Shown here in pieces: positions 10,027 through 19,987 of a stretch of DNA of 64,000 nt. The notes below the pieces were generated by a model. The model was given only the letters and a program-made list of their open reading frames with translations. It did not search any database and was not told the DNA's origin. A program made the position numbers and the translations under genes. Where the stretch lies: positions 110,035 through 174,034 of the IMG/VR virus record IMGVR_UViG_3300035158_000183, one strand, 5' to 3'. This DNA is from a virus. How positions within the stretch are numbered: position 1 is the first letter of the stretch; each line of letters begins with the position of its first letter.

Positions 10027-10739
10027 CTGCCTCGGCGATACATTTTGCGCTTAAATTCCAGCTCTTGCTGTCTGGCACGCTGGATAGCTTCTTCTCTAAT
10101 CTTCTGCATACGTGCTCTACCCTCAGGATCTTCGTCGGCCGGCCTATCAAACTCTTGATATGCTTCGGTATCTTGCCTAAGCACATCTTCTACCAGATAT
10201 GGCTTCTCCACCTCATCCTCAGGCTTCTGAAATGCATGTTCTTCTTCTATTATACCGCGATCTAACAGGACTTTCTCGGCTTGGATGAAGTTATAGACTA
10301 GCTGTTGATAGTTGAGGCTGTCCAGAGATTCGAATGTATATCCAGCAAATACAATGCAGATTACACGCTTCATGTAATCGGCAGTAACATTCAGCTGTTT
10401 CCGGTAGGTCTTGTATAGCTCTTCGGTATAATCTTGAGAATCAACATCTACACCTGACAAAAACAGTGCAAGCCTGGCAGTGGTCTCTGAGATGCCTGCC
10501 GGTAACTGATTGAAATTCTTCTCAGTTTGCCACTCATTCTCGACTATCTGCTCGAAGATACTATCATATATAGCACTTTTCAGGCTAACCTTGGGGGCCA
10601 TATCCAGAAGCAAGGCATATTGGCTGGCCTGCTTTATAGATGGCAGACGGAAGATAACCTCTACACCCTCTACTTCGAAGGCATACAGGTCTTCGGATTT
10701 CTTCTGGATTGCCTCCAGGGCCCGCGTGAGACCATCCAT
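10023..10739 (-). CDS. Putative tail assembly chaperone 2
   Basis: Lies between tube genes and the tape-measure-like gene; shares a VIFR...IFE...LPAG pattern with its neighbour. Confidence 0.55.
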   Translation of the reverse strand: MDGLTRALEAIQKKSEDLYAFEVEGVEVIFRLPSIKQASQYALLLDMAPKVSLKSAIYDSIFEQIVENEWQTEKNFNQLPAGISETTARLALFLSGVDVDSQDYTEELYKTYRKQLNVTADYMKRVICIVFAGYTFESLDSLNYQQLVYNFIQAEKVLLDRGIIEEEHAFQKPEDEVEKPYLVEDVLRQDTEAYQEFDRPADEDPEGRARMQKIREEAIQRARQQELEFKRKMYRRGR

Positions 10740-10742
10740 CGG

Positions 10743-11483
10743 CTACATCTTGATAGTCATCTGGGCGACGAACCCTGGCTCCAGGAATAGACTCTGGAGA
10801 CGGACCTGCTGGACAACCATCCCCATAGCACCAGCGGGTAGTGCCGCTCGCTGTACAGGATCCATCCCAGGCCACAGGACACACTTATCAAAGATCATTT
10901 CTTCGACCTGATGCTCCTGCATCTCGTTGAATCGCGGGTTTGCGTTGATCTGAATCCACTCCTGGCGCTTCAGATAACGGTAAATAAACACATGATTCTC
11001 GATGTTTAGCAGGAATACGTCCCCATGCATACGCTTCCACTCCATTATTGCCTGTGGACCTGGAGCATTGGGATTGATTTGCTTCAGCCTCTCACAGATA
11101 GCCTTGACTCTCTCCACAGGGTCCTCTGGGAAGTCCTCAGGCGGCTCCTGGGGAGATGTAGTCGCTGGTGCGACCTCTGAAGCCTCCGGCATCTGTGGGA
11201 CGGCTGTAGCGGTCTCTGGGGCCGCTGGGGGAACCTCAGGGACTGCTGCAGGCGGAGCGTTATTAGCTTCCGCATCAGCTACCTGCTCGGCCGTGAGCAT
11301 ACCGGCACCGCCGCCGAATCCAGCTGCACTCATAGCAGCCTTGTCCGCACCCATGTCAAAGGGCTTGTCGTCGCCATAGACCTCACTGAAAGACTTCTTG
11401 CCAGCCTTCATCATCTTCTCGGCCTTACGGGCGAGTTCCTGCTCTCGTGGCCCTACCGCCACTTTGCGTTTCTGTTTAGTCAT
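10743..11483 (-). CDS. Putative tail assembly chaperone 1 (Pro/Ala/Glu-rich N-terminus)
   Basis: WKRMHGDVF...FIYRYLKRQEW...CVLWP...LPAG pattern and synteny. Confidence 0.6.
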   Translation of the reverse strand: MTKQKRKVAVGPREQELARKAEKMMKAGKKSFSEVYGDDKPFDMGADKAAMSAAGFGGGAGMLTAEQVADAEANNAPPAAVPEVPPAAPETATAVPQMPEASEVAPATTSPQEPPEDFPEDPVERVKAICERLKQINPNAPGPQAIMEWKRMHGDVFLLNIENHVFIYRYLKRQEWIQINANPRFNEMQEHQVEEMIFDKCVLWPGMDPVQRAALPAGAMGMVVQQVRLQSLFLEPGFVAQMTIKM

Positions 11484-11498
11484 GTTGTAACTCCTTGG

Positions 11499-12365
11499 TT
11501 AAACGATATTTCTTGCTATGAATTGGAACTCTTCTAGGATGGGCTCCCCTGAGACTTCTATTGACTGAGATTGCCCCGTGAAGGAGACATCCATGAGTTT
11601 CTTGACTGTATGATTGGCAGACGGCTTGCTGGTGTCGCCGTACACGATCCAAATGTCTATAGGTGGGTACTGGTCTGCTCTGCGGTGCGAAAGAGCATCC
11701 TCAGTGGCCAACAGCTGGTCCTCAGGGAGGTTTTTACTAAAGAGCCGCTCCCTGAGCAGGGGGTTGGCAGTATCACTGCCATACCATATGGCATCCTCAA
11801 ATACTTCCGCCCACTGCTCGAACCTATCGTCTGGTAAGTTACCGAGATCTCTAAAGAATTGATTGTATGCCTGCTGGGCATTCTTCTTATCCTTAGCAGC
11901 AGCCCATTCCATGGACTGCTCCACATTGGCCTTCATAGTCTTATGTTTCTCAGCTTCACGAGCAGCTGAAAGGAATGTGCCAGGTGTGTCTCCTACCCTA
12001 TATCCTTTAGTCAGACGGCCTTCCTTATTCAGGGTGTAGCGGGGAGTAGTCCACTCTCCACCAAGTTTGAGGTTCTGGTAGCGTATCATCGGATAGCTGA
12101 GATATCCGGATTCCTTGAAGGCCAACATGATAGCTCCTTGTACCACAACCTTGCCTTCTCCTACAAATGAATAGTACTGGCTGGCGTATCCCCATACAGG
12201 TGTCTTCTGCTGAACCGCATTAAAGCTTACAGCGACAGCTGAGTCTATGACTACATCTCCGAACATCACATTGATCTGTGACCCAGAGAAGTAATCGTAC
12301 TCATACGTTGTCTCCCCTACGAATGGAGGAGTAATAAGCTCGCCTTTATGGTTCCTGAGTGCCAT
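11499..12365 (-). CDS. Tail tube-like protein (paralog 3)
   Basis: YFSGSQINVMFGD...QQKTPVWGYAS...VQGAI; ends EEFQFIARN. Confidence 0.6.
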   Translation of the reverse strand: MALRNHKGELITPPFVGETTYEYDYFSGSQINVMFGDVVIDSAVAVSFNAVQQKTPVWGYASQYYSFVGEGKVVVQGAIMLAFKESGYLSYPMIRYQNLKLGGEWTTPRYTLNKEGRLTKGYRVGDTPGTFLSAAREAEKHKTMKANVEQSMEWAAAKDKKNAQQAYNQFFRDLGNLPDDRFEQWAEVFEDAIWYGSDTANPLLRERLFSKNLPEDQLLATEDALSHRRADQYPPIDIWIVYGDTSKPSANHTVKKLMDVSFTGQSQSIEVSGEPILEEFQFIARNIV

Positions 12366-13321
12366 TAAATAAATGGATTCCTACGTCTGATATGAGCTGA
12401 AAACATCTGCTCCTTCATAAGATCAGATGCTGTCTTATTCCAGCTCTTGCTTACCCCATGACCGTCGATGGCTCGGGTTTCCACAAGCCTCATGGGGTCT
12501 AGGTCTCTTGCCACATACTGTACCACGTTCTCTGAGTAGATGTCTTCTATAGAGAAGGTCTGGCCTTCCTGGAAGAACTCTACCCCCCACAGGCCCATAT
12601 GAGAAATAGCACCATACTCATTAGCGAAAACCAGGCTGATATCAATGGGAGGCATCTGGTCGGCCAGCATGGTGGTGTAAAGCTGATTGTCGAAGTCACT
12701 AGAGCCAGTACTAAACTGTCTAAGTTTAAGCCGCATAATGTCTGCGAATACGTGTTCATGGAAGATAGTAAATACCATACTACCTGAGATAGTACGAGGC
12801 CCTCTGGTATATGCACGCGGATACACAGCCCCCAAGGGTCGGACTGGAGCTTTATCCCTAAAACTGCCTATAGAGATAGTCTGAATGTCTCCCAGTGTCT
12901 TGGATGTAGGTAAATTCCGGATGTTTTGCAGGATTGCATCCAGTTCACTCAATTCACTATTTCTTACCTGCTGAGCTTGTATATAGTCGGCAAGCTGTTT
13001 GGTGGTCAAGATCTCCCGATTGTTTTCATACCAAATTTCTGCCTTTATGGCCTCTTTCTCTATCGCCCACATCTCGTCCAGCAACAGCTTGTCGTCTATA
13101 GGGTCATGGGGATAGTGAACTACTACCTTGATGTCAGCGCCACTATATGTCCCATAGAATTTGGCGTAATCTGATACGACAGCAGGATTCTTGCTATTCT
13201 GGGCCTTCTTGGCCATAGGGCTATCCGGATGTGGCGGCGGGGGTGGCTTATACACATAGTGTCGTGCAAGGGCGTCCTCGCTGGGCATGGGGCGCTTGGC
13301 GACTATACTAGAATAAACCAT
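12365..13321 (-). CDS. Tail tube-like protein (paralog 2)
   Basis: YSGADIK...IQTISI...RDKAPVR...RGPRTISGSMVF...ADQMPPIDI...ANEYG aligns by eye with 13398..14078. True start may be 13288. Confidence 0.7.
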   Translation of the reverse strand: MVYSSIVAKRPMPSEDALARHYVYKPPPPPHPDSPMAKKAQNSKNPAVVSDYAKFYGTYSGADIKVVVHYPHDPIDDKLLLDEMWAIEKEAIKAEIWYENNREILTTKQLADYIQAQQVRNSELSELDAILQNIRNLPTSKTLGDIQTISIGSFRDKAPVRPLGAVYPRAYTRGPRTISGSMVFTIFHEHVFADIMRLKLRQFSTGSSDFDNQLYTTMLADQMPPIDISLVFANEYGAISHMGLWGVEFFQEGQTFSIEDIYSENVVQYVARDLDPMRLVETRAIDGHGVSKSWNKTASDLMKEQMFSAHIRRRNPFI

Positions 13322-13346
13322 ATTTTAGACCTTCAGGAGATGGGAG

Positions 13347-13376
13347 AACCGGGTCAGGCTTAGTCCTGACCCGGTT
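13347..13376 (-). terminator. Stem-loop after tail tube gene
   Basis: Perfect 12-bp inverted repeat AACCGGGTCAGG/CCTGACCCGGTT with 6-nt loop; weak U-tail. Confidence 0.6.
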
Positions 13377-13397
13377 TATGGGCAGATTGAACACAGA

Positions 13398-14078
13398 TTA
13401 CGATGGGTTAATACCCTGCATTGCTACGTGCTGACCCTGGGACTGCCAAGGAAGCATACCGTGAGCAATATATGTGAAACTGTGCTCGGAGACAATATCG
13501 TCAACTGATACCCCGTAGCCGGAGTTCATCAGCTCGACGCCTAGAATCTTCATGATGGCTAGTGCGCCGTACTCATTTGCAGCTGCTAGTACGATATCGA
13601 ATGGTGGAATCTGGTCAGCGTACCATGGAATCGCTGGCTTCTGATCAGAACCTGCCGATGTTATCTCACTCTCCTGCTGTTGTGCTGTAGCACCCGGGAC
13701 GTTGATACCTTCAGGATCTGCCGCTACACTTGTCTCTCCGACAACGATTTCCTGACTGTACTCTGGACGCAGGTCGTCTACATCGGACAGGAAGTAGAGG
13801 CGTCTTGCTTCTTCTCCTGGTGCTCGGTTCGCAAGCTCCCACATCAATGGGTCTTCGTCGAACTGGATGAATACCAGTGACCCTGCGATGCCACGCTTGC
13901 CTCTTGCGAAGGCACGTGGGTCCGCAGATCCCATTGTATAGATGGGCGCTTTCTCTCGAGAGATAGAATAGCTGATTCCCTGTAGGGTACCGATCACCTT
14001 GGTCCCGAATGTGGCCTTGATGTCGATCCCAGAGAAGCTATTATACCCTCTGGTGAATTCGCTCTGTTGTACTGCCAT
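13398..14078 (-). CDS. Major tail tube protein
   Basis: Immediately follows the sheath gene; FSGIDIKATFG...LQGISYSISREKAPIYTMG...GKRGIAGSLVF. Confidence 0.75.
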   Translation of the reverse strand: MAVQQSEFTRGYNSFSGIDIKATFGTKVIGTLQGISYSISREKAPIYTMGSADPRAFARGKRGIAGSLVFIQFDEDPLMWELANRAPGEEARRLYFLSDVDDLRPEYSQEIVVGETSVAADPEGINVPGATAQQQESEITSAGSDQKPAIPWYADQIPPFDIVLAAANEYGALAIMKILGVELMNSGYGVSVDDIVSEHSFTYIAHGMLPWQSQGQHVAMQGINPS

Positions 14079-14099
14079 AGTCTATCTCGACCTCCCTAG

Positions 14100-16016
14100 T
14101 TAGCCTGATTTCGAAACCGAAACCGTTACTGTGACCTGACGCAGCTCGAAAGCTGGGATCAGAGTCAGATTGATATCAGCTTTACCCTGAACCTCCATCT
14201 GAGGTGTCTGGATAATCTCGAATGGACGGTAGTCCTGGAGGTAACGAGCTGTCTTGGCTGCCAAGAGAACCTTCTCTACAGATGTCTGCATAGAGGCCCT
14301 TGTGGCATCCGACATACCCTCGCCCAGGAACGGATCGACTGCAGCACGTACTCCGTCAATGACGGCCTTCACAATACGTACTGTGGACAGGCGGTTCCAG
14401 TCACTGGTTGGCAGGGCGGCTGTGGGAGCATCTGCTACTACCAGACCAGTTGTCTTCTGGCGGAGGCAGGTGTACCCGGCACCGGCCATATCATCCAGAG
14501 CCTGGAGACCGAGACGGAAGATCAGTGTCGAGTTAGCTACCCGCTTGTTTGTGGGTGCGCTAGCTGGCGACATGTTGATATAGAACCCGCCGTATGAGGC
14601 TGCGAAGCTTGCCGGATAGGCGGTTGAGCTAAAACTGTTTCTGAGCAGTGGGTAATCCACCACAACAGAGAAGTATTTACCGAGGTCTACCGGAATCTCG
14701 TTATCGTCTTCGATCTCGGCTCCGGAGTCCATGAATTTACCTTCTGTAGCGATGAAGCCACCGCCGAAGGCACCTGAGCGATGCTCATACTTGCCAGCCA
14801 TAAACTTATTACCAACCAGACCACTGCCGTTATCATTGGCAGAGGCGATGTGATAGAGGCCAGACGCCGTATCGAGCGTCCATGTGGGCTCGCGGCCCAC
14901 CCAACGTGCCTTGTCTACGAGGGAGTTGGAAGCTGGTGGCAGAACGCCAATAACACCCGTCGCATCCACGACATTGGTGGAGTACTCATACAGGAAGCGG
15001 CCCAGCTGATAAGCGAAGTTGACCTCGTGGAAGTCATCTCCAGTCAGAGTTGTGCCGTCAATCTTGGTTGTGGCTGTTGCAGAACCTGGAGCATCCGTCG
15101 GCCATATATCAGCCGAGGCAAATACGCCAGAACCGTCATTGAACCACCACCAGAAGTAGTACTCGCCCTCATACTCTTCTACGAAGAGCCTACCCAGAGC
15201 ATCGACATCCTGACCTGGACGATAGCGGCCCTTGGTCGGGTATGTGTTGGCGGATGGAGACTCAGGCGTAATAGCACCCAGGTAGTGTCCCTGATTAACT
15301 ACATTGTAGTCATCTAGGTAGACATCCATTGGTACGATCACGTCGAAGTCTGTTTGCTTGATGTTCTCGTATGCTACGTAAAGCTCCTCGTACATCTCCA
15401 TTCTGGACATACCCAGGCCATCATCCCCAGCTGTGAAGGAAGTCCCTGCATATGTGCTCGGGTCCACGTCTTCGAGGTTGATAAAGGCACTTGCTGAGCC
15501 AATGTCCGGTCCGCCACCAGAGTGACGATAACCGCTAACGATTACCTCGTATCTCTCGATGGGGCTGGTCTCGTCATTATCGAAAACAATGACGTCGTCC
15601 GTGTTGCGCTTCACTACCAGGCGGTCGGTACTGTCGTCGTAATACATAGCGTAGTTACCACCAGCATCTGCGTCTTGCTCGACAGTCTCAATCTTGTAAC
15701 CGCCTGCACCACCTGCAGAGTTACCTACACCCTCCAGAATGGCGGGCTTGGAACCAATACGGTACATGGCGATTTCGTCTGCGCCTGCAGCTTTGACTTC
15801 CCACATACCGCGAAGTAGTGTACCGTCATTGCCAAACTCAGACTTAGCCTGTGTGGTAGAGGGGACCAGGTATGTTAGGTGGCCTTGCCCCTTCCCCGAT
15901 GTACCTACGATCATAGCCCTTGGGGCAACAGCTGTAGCCTCGGGGGCGAGGTTGCCGTCGTTCTTGTAAACGATCACACCAGCGAGATTTTCATACTGCA
16001 CGCTTGTGTCGGTCAT
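14100..16016 (-). CDS. Tail sheath protein
   Basis: 638 aa; C-terminal LSTVRIVKAVIDGVR...FLGE...LIPAFELRQVTVTV typical of contractile sheaths. Confidence 0.85.
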   Translation of the reverse strand: MTDTSVQYENLAGVIVYKNDGNLAPEATAVAPRAMIVGTSGKGQGHLTYLVPSTTQAKSEFGNDGTLLRGMWEVKAAGADEIAMYRIGSKPAILEGVGNSAGGAGGYKIETVEQDADAGGNYAMYYDDSTDRLVVKRNTDDVIVFDNDETSPIERYEVIVSGYRHSGGGPDIGSASAFINLEDVDPSTYAGTSFTAGDDGLGMSRMEMYEELYVAYENIKQTDFDVIVPMDVYLDDYNVVNQGHYLGAITPESPSANTYPTKGRYRPGQDVDALGRLFVEEYEGEYYFWWWFNDGSGVFASADIWPTDAPGSATATTKIDGTTLTGDDFHEVNFAYQLGRFLYEYSTNVVDATGVIGVLPPASNSLVDKARWVGREPTWTLDTASGLYHIASANDNGSGLVGNKFMAGKYEHRSGAFGGGFIATEGKFMDSGAEIEDDNEIPVDLGKYFSVVVDYPLLRNSFSSTAYPASFAASYGGFYINMSPASAPTNKRVANSTLIFRLGLQALDDMAGAGYTCLRQKTTGLVVADAPTAALPTSDWNRLSTVRIVKAVIDGVRAAVDPFLGEGMSDATRASMQTSVEKVLLAAKTARYLQDYRPFEIIQTPQMEVQGKADINLTLIPAFELRQVTVTVSVSKSG

Positions 16017-16018
16017 TA

Positions 16019-16744
16019 TTAACCCTCCTCAATGTTAGTTGATACATTTACGTTCAGCGCCAGACGCTTAAGCTCCTGAGAGCCGAACTGATACGTATCT
16101 TCAGTCCTTACCATGAAGGTAATAGGATATTTAGTTAGTGGCAGCTCGCCAATGGTTACTCTCGCTCTGTCTCCAACGCCCTCTTCAATAGTCTTAATCC
16201 TGTGCAGTCCGAAATACCATCGGTAGCTATCCATCACGTTCTCAAACCATAAGACACGCTTAAAAGCTGTGTAGTCGTCTCGGGCGTATATATTAAATAC
16301 AACCCAGTTATCATAGAAGCGCCCCATGGTCACCAGCTTCTCACTTGGATGTTCGGGGTGCTGTTGTATACTTCTTACATGGGCTACTACTTCTCGCACT
16401 CTTCCAGTACCCGCAGGGCCCTTATTAAACTGTCCTGGCGCTCGGGCCCTCATGAAGAAGGTGATAGCCTCTGTGTCAACGGACTCAGGCGGGTCATCCG
16501 CCAGAACCAGCAGCCTCTTGTCATCTGGTACATGCTCGGAGGCCTGCCTGGAAGCGACAGCTTCCTGGACAAGCTCGTAGAAGCCCAGAAGATTGGCTCC
16601 TGGGTGTGTGGCAGTATCTACAGCACCGATGTTCTGGATATATCTATTGATAGCCAGAGCAGCGTCTGCTTCAGAAAGCCTAACAGCCCCTCCTAGATCT
16701 GGAATAGCTGTTATATTGTCTGTTTTTGACACCATACCATACAC
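16019..16744 (-). CDS. Putative tail terminator/neck protein
   Basis: Directly upstream of the sheath gene; GRFYDNWVVFNIYA. Confidence 0.5.
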   Translation of the reverse strand: MYGMVSKTDNITAIPDLGGAVRLSEADAALAINRYIQNIGAVDTATHPGANLLGFYELVQEAVASRQASEHVPDDKRLLVLADDPPESVDTEAITFFMRARAPGQFNKGPAGTGRVREVVAHVRSIQQHPEHPSEKLVTMGRFYDNWVVFNIYARDDYTAFKRVLWFENVMDSYRWYFGLHRIKTIEEGVGDRARVTIGELPLTKYPITFMVRTEDTYQFGSQELKRLALNVNVSTNIEEG

Positions 16745-17252
16745 TCCACTCGCGTCTATACTGCGCCGTGACTTGCCAAAATTCTACCCTTCCTCTATCG
16801 GCCCTAAACTGGTCAGCGCTCACAATCTCGTAAACTGCACTGCGCTCCACCGGCTGTGCGGGCCGGCCTTCATTATCTAACACGACTTCGACTATAAAGT
16901 CGCTTGATGAGACATCCACATTGTACTCGAGGTAGAATAATCCCTTACCTCCATCTTGGAATGACTCATTATTCTTATAATACACTATTTTGTACTCATC
17001 CCAAAAGTATCCATGCCCATGACAGTACCGGCAAAAGCTGTCTCTGTCGGGTTCATCCGTGATCCTGCTTCGACACGGACACCTCAATAGCTCACCATCA
17101 CTGCCTTCCCGCATCTTCCTCAGCAGACCTACCTTCCCCTTGGCTATTTCGCCTGCCGATCCATACAATAACTGGCTCAGCTCCTCCCGGAGGTCCAGCT
17201 CGATACCGCCGCTGCGGGCGGTACCATATGGATTAGTCATACTCGCGGTCAT
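16680..17252 (-). CDS. Putative head-closure/neck protein with CxC...CxxCxG motif
   Basis: RCPCR...FCRYCHGHGY, RADRGRVEFW; synteny. Confidence 0.55.
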   Translation of the reverse strand: MTASMTNPYGTARSGGIELDLREELSQLLYGSAGEIAKGKVGLLRKMREGSDGELLRCPCRSRITDEPDRDSFCRYCHGHGYFWDEYKIVYYKNNESFQDGGKGLFYLEYNVDVSSSDFIVEVVLDNEGRPAQPVERSAVYEIVSADQFRADRGRVEFWQVTAQYRREWSVWYGVKNRQYNSYSRSRRGC

Positions 17253-19041
17253 AACTCGACTCTCTACGTTTCCTAAATGTCCTCAGATCTCTGCGGCCTG
17301 AGGCATATCGTGAGCTGTTGGCAGCCGACTGACTGCTATGCACGCCCACGCCTGATGTGGGCTCCCATTGTCTATTTACAAATATGAAATCCTCTGCCAA
17401 AGCACCCTTGACCGAGTACTGCGGTTTCAGGCTACCGGCAGGATGTATCTCGCCGCCAGACTGGACAGATACTTCCCAGCTGGCTGCACAGTCTTCTAGC
17501 TGTGCTAGAATATTACGTAAATTGCCTGGTCCACCAGCTCTGGACACACTGAGGTCTCCCAGGGTCTTGGACATCCTATCCGCCAGACTGCTGTCGCCCA
17601 GAAGGGCTCTAACCAGTATGAACTCTGCCAGGCATGTGGTGTACTGTCTGCGAGCTTGATTAAAGAAGGTAGCTTGGGTAATGGTCTTGAATCTGATGGC
17701 ATCAGCCTGAAGGCTGGCCTCTAGGATAGCCAGCATAATGGTCTCATCAGGTACATCCACCAGAAGCGGACCCAGGTCAAGACGGATACGCCTTAGGCTC
17801 GAGTATAGTGGTGTATAAGGTGTTGTAAAGTAAGATTCATAATCCGAGCCCAAAGCGTTTCCGTTTAAGTCAGCTATATCCTTATCGAGCTTTAAGCGAA
17901 CTATATTATTCTCGTACAGCTGCCCTGGGTCCAATTGGATTGTCAGGACACTGCCCGCTAGCGTGGATACAAAGTCTAGCTCACCTGTTGCCAGGAAGGC
18001 ATCTTCGTCACCATTAGCCGGCTCCGACCATACATCTATTGCATTGGCTAGAGTTGCCGTAGCTGGTGGGTCTGAGAAAGTAACTTCAATGATTTCGCCA
18101 TTATACGGGTCGGTACTTATGGCTACACCATATTCCATATCAGGCGGGTCTACCTCAGAGACGCTAAATGAGGAGGCAGTTACCGACTCTCCTATTACGT
18201 TACTTAGAACACTCTCAATCCCTGAAGTAGGAGAATCTGACGGTGGAGTCAGGATGGCGCCACTGCCTGCAAAGAAACTCCAGCGGTAGGTATTGGGTAA
18301 TACTACAGACGGTATCACCTTGCATTCGAAGGTGTCTCCTACGGTGAAACTGCCGTCATGGTGGCAGGTGATATAGATACCATCCTCTAATTCTCTAGCC
18401 CCTGTGCTGGTAATACCATTATAGGTTGTAAGCGGATCATTCTTGTTCCACCACATATACTCTGCATCACCAGTGGGACCGCCTGCCGTAATCTCCACAA
18501 CATACTCTCTAGTATTGTCACCAGTATATCCACCATGGAAGGTTAGGTAGTCTGGGCCAGCAGGAGAGCGTTGGGTGTCGAATACAGTCCTAGTACGGAC
18601 ACCCGTATCGAAGTCATCAGCAGGCTTCTCGTCACCCAGGATAATGGCCATGTATTGTACATTAGGCTTAAGTGGTTTGTCCGGAGTCAGGATAGCAACT
18701 GTACGCCACAGGTTTCCGGCACCGGTATAGTCCTTAACGCTATCATCTACAGGAGCACCAGAAGCGTCTTCTCTGGAAAATGAAATAGTTGCCTTGACAT
18801 AGCCCTTGAAATATGGTGAGGACAGAATATCCTCATCATCAAAGCCCGGAACATCTAGTGGTGTAACATCTATAGGCCCAAATACCGGAGCGTCATCCGG
18901 ACCAGTTAAAACTAAAGTACCCTCATTAATGGAGTCGAGATCCATCTCCTGGTCGAATACCACTCTGACTTGGTCACCAATAGGTATACCTGTAGCATCT
19001 GGAGCTGGATACACACTAACGACTTGTGGAGTTGTCGCCAT
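17233..19041 (-). CDS. Ig-like-domain virion protein with C-terminal head-tail adaptor-like domain
   Basis: PQVVSVYPAPDATGIP...VVFDQEMD (Big_5-like); IADLNGNAL...FTT; C-terminal PLYSSLRRIR...KTLGDLSVS. Confidence 0.6.
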   Translation of the reverse strand: MATTPQVVSVYPAPDATGIPIGDQVRVVFDQEMDLDSINEGTLVLTGPDDAPVFGPIDVTPLDVPGFDDEDILSSPYFKGYVKATISFSREDASGAPVDDSVKDYTGAGNLWRTVAILTPDKPLKPNVQYMAIILGDEKPADDFDTGVRTRTVFDTQRSPAGPDYLTFHGGYTGDNTREYVVEITAGGPTGDAEYMWWNKNDPLTTYNGITSTGARELEDGIYITCHHDGSFTVGDTFECKVIPSVVLPNTYRWSFFAGSGAILTPPSDSPTSGIESVLSNVIGESVTASSFSVSEVDPPDMEYGVAISTDPYNGEIIEVTFSDPPATATLANAIDVWSEPANGDEDAFLATGELDFVSTLAGSVLTIQLDPGQLYENNIVRLKLDKDIADLNGNALGSDYESYFTTPYTPLYSSLRRIRLDLGPLLVDVPDETIMLAILEASLQADAIRFKTITQATFFNQARRQYTTCLAEFILVRALLGDSSLADRMSKTLGDLSVSRAGGPGNLRNILAQLEDCAASWEVSVQSGGEIHPAGSLKPQYSVKGALAEDFIFVNRQWEPTSGVGVHSSQSAANSSRYASGRRDLRTFRKRRESSYDREYD

Positions 19042-19043
19042 AG

Positions 19044-19340
19044 TTAATCTTCCTCAATAATCTCAAAGCTTTCTGCCAGCTCTAGCTCCTTGGCATTAGA
19101 GGGTACATAGGGTAAGTCCTGTACCGCCCGAGCCTGTATTTCAAGCTGTTCGGCTGCCTGGGCAGCCTGCTGGCGCCTAGCTTCTCGCCGCAGGTACTGT
19201 ATAAACTCAAAGCCTTCTGAAATGGTTACCTTGCCAGTCTCTACCGAGAACTCAAGATTCTTCTTAATCTTAGCCCACTCTTCTTCTGTGGGTGGCCTGC
19301 TCATCTTCTCCCTGAGTTGTAGTAGCTCTGCTTTTTCCAT
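19044..19340 (-). CDS. Hypothetical protein
   Basis: ORF in the co-oriented operon; ATG at 19340 abuts the previous stop. Confidence 0.6.
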   Translation of the reverse strand: MEKAELLQLREKMSRPPTEEEWAKIKKNLEFSVETGKVTISEGFEFIQYLRREARRQQAAQAAEQLEIQARAVQDLPYVPSNAKELELAESFEIIEED

Positions 19341-19341
19341 T

Positions 19342-19890
19342 CTAGTACTCCGATATAGCTGTCTCAATAGCATTCAAGACACTAGAACGCTTCTTGCCTT
19401 CTCGCTCTACTTCTTCACAGGCATGTAGTAGTGTCAGGTTGTCGTCTTCCTGCGGCAGCGCCTTAATGTACTTGATGATGGTACTGTGGTGCTTGTCTAA
19501 GAGGATATCGGCCTCGTCATAGAATTTCTTCTCAATAACCCAGCCATCTTCCTCTACAGCCTGTTCCTCTAAATCTTCAGGGCTTATGGTAGTCACCGAT
19601 ATGATTTCAGGTATTGTATCCTGTTCCTCAGGTATATCTTCGGTGTCTACTGTATTCCCATCAAACATGATTATCTGGTCTGTAGTACCTGGTATTACCT
19701 CCTGGGAGGCATCCCCAGACAGCAGGATTACCTCACGAGCTAATATACTCTTATCGATAATATCTTTCTGTGTGGGAGTGAGCTTATCGATGTCGAGAAG
19801 CGGACTAATCCGGTTGCCCGGATGAAGCTTGATAGGGTTAAGAATCCAAAATGGTGCCATTCCTATCAGCTTCAATCTGGCGAGTCTCAT
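19342..19890 (-). CDS. Hypothetical protein downstream of capsid gene
   Basis: 182-aa ORF with AGGAG SD; C-terminal E..GKKRSSVL.AI. Confidence 0.65.
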   Translation of the reverse strand: MRLARLKLIGMAPFWILNPIKLHPGNRISPLLDIDKLTPTQKDIIDKSILAREVILLSGDASQEVIPGTTDQIIMFDGNTVDTEDIPEEQDTIPEIISVTTISPEDLEEQAVEEDGWVIEKKFYDEADILLDKHHSTIIKYIKALPQEDDNLTLLHACEEVEREGKKRSSVLNAIETAISEY

Positions 19891-19920
19891 ATCATACTCC
19901 TTGGCTAGAGACCTCTATCA

Positions 19921-19964
19921 AACAAAAGGGGAGAAGGAGCATGTTCACTCCTACTCCCCTTTCG
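19921..19964 (-). terminator. Rho-independent terminator after major capsid gene
   Basis: Minus strand AAAGGGGAGTAGGAGT-loop-GCTCCTTCTCCCCTTTT followed by GTTT. Confidence 0.75.
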
Positions 19965-19987
19965 AGCTACGATGATGAGACCGACGC

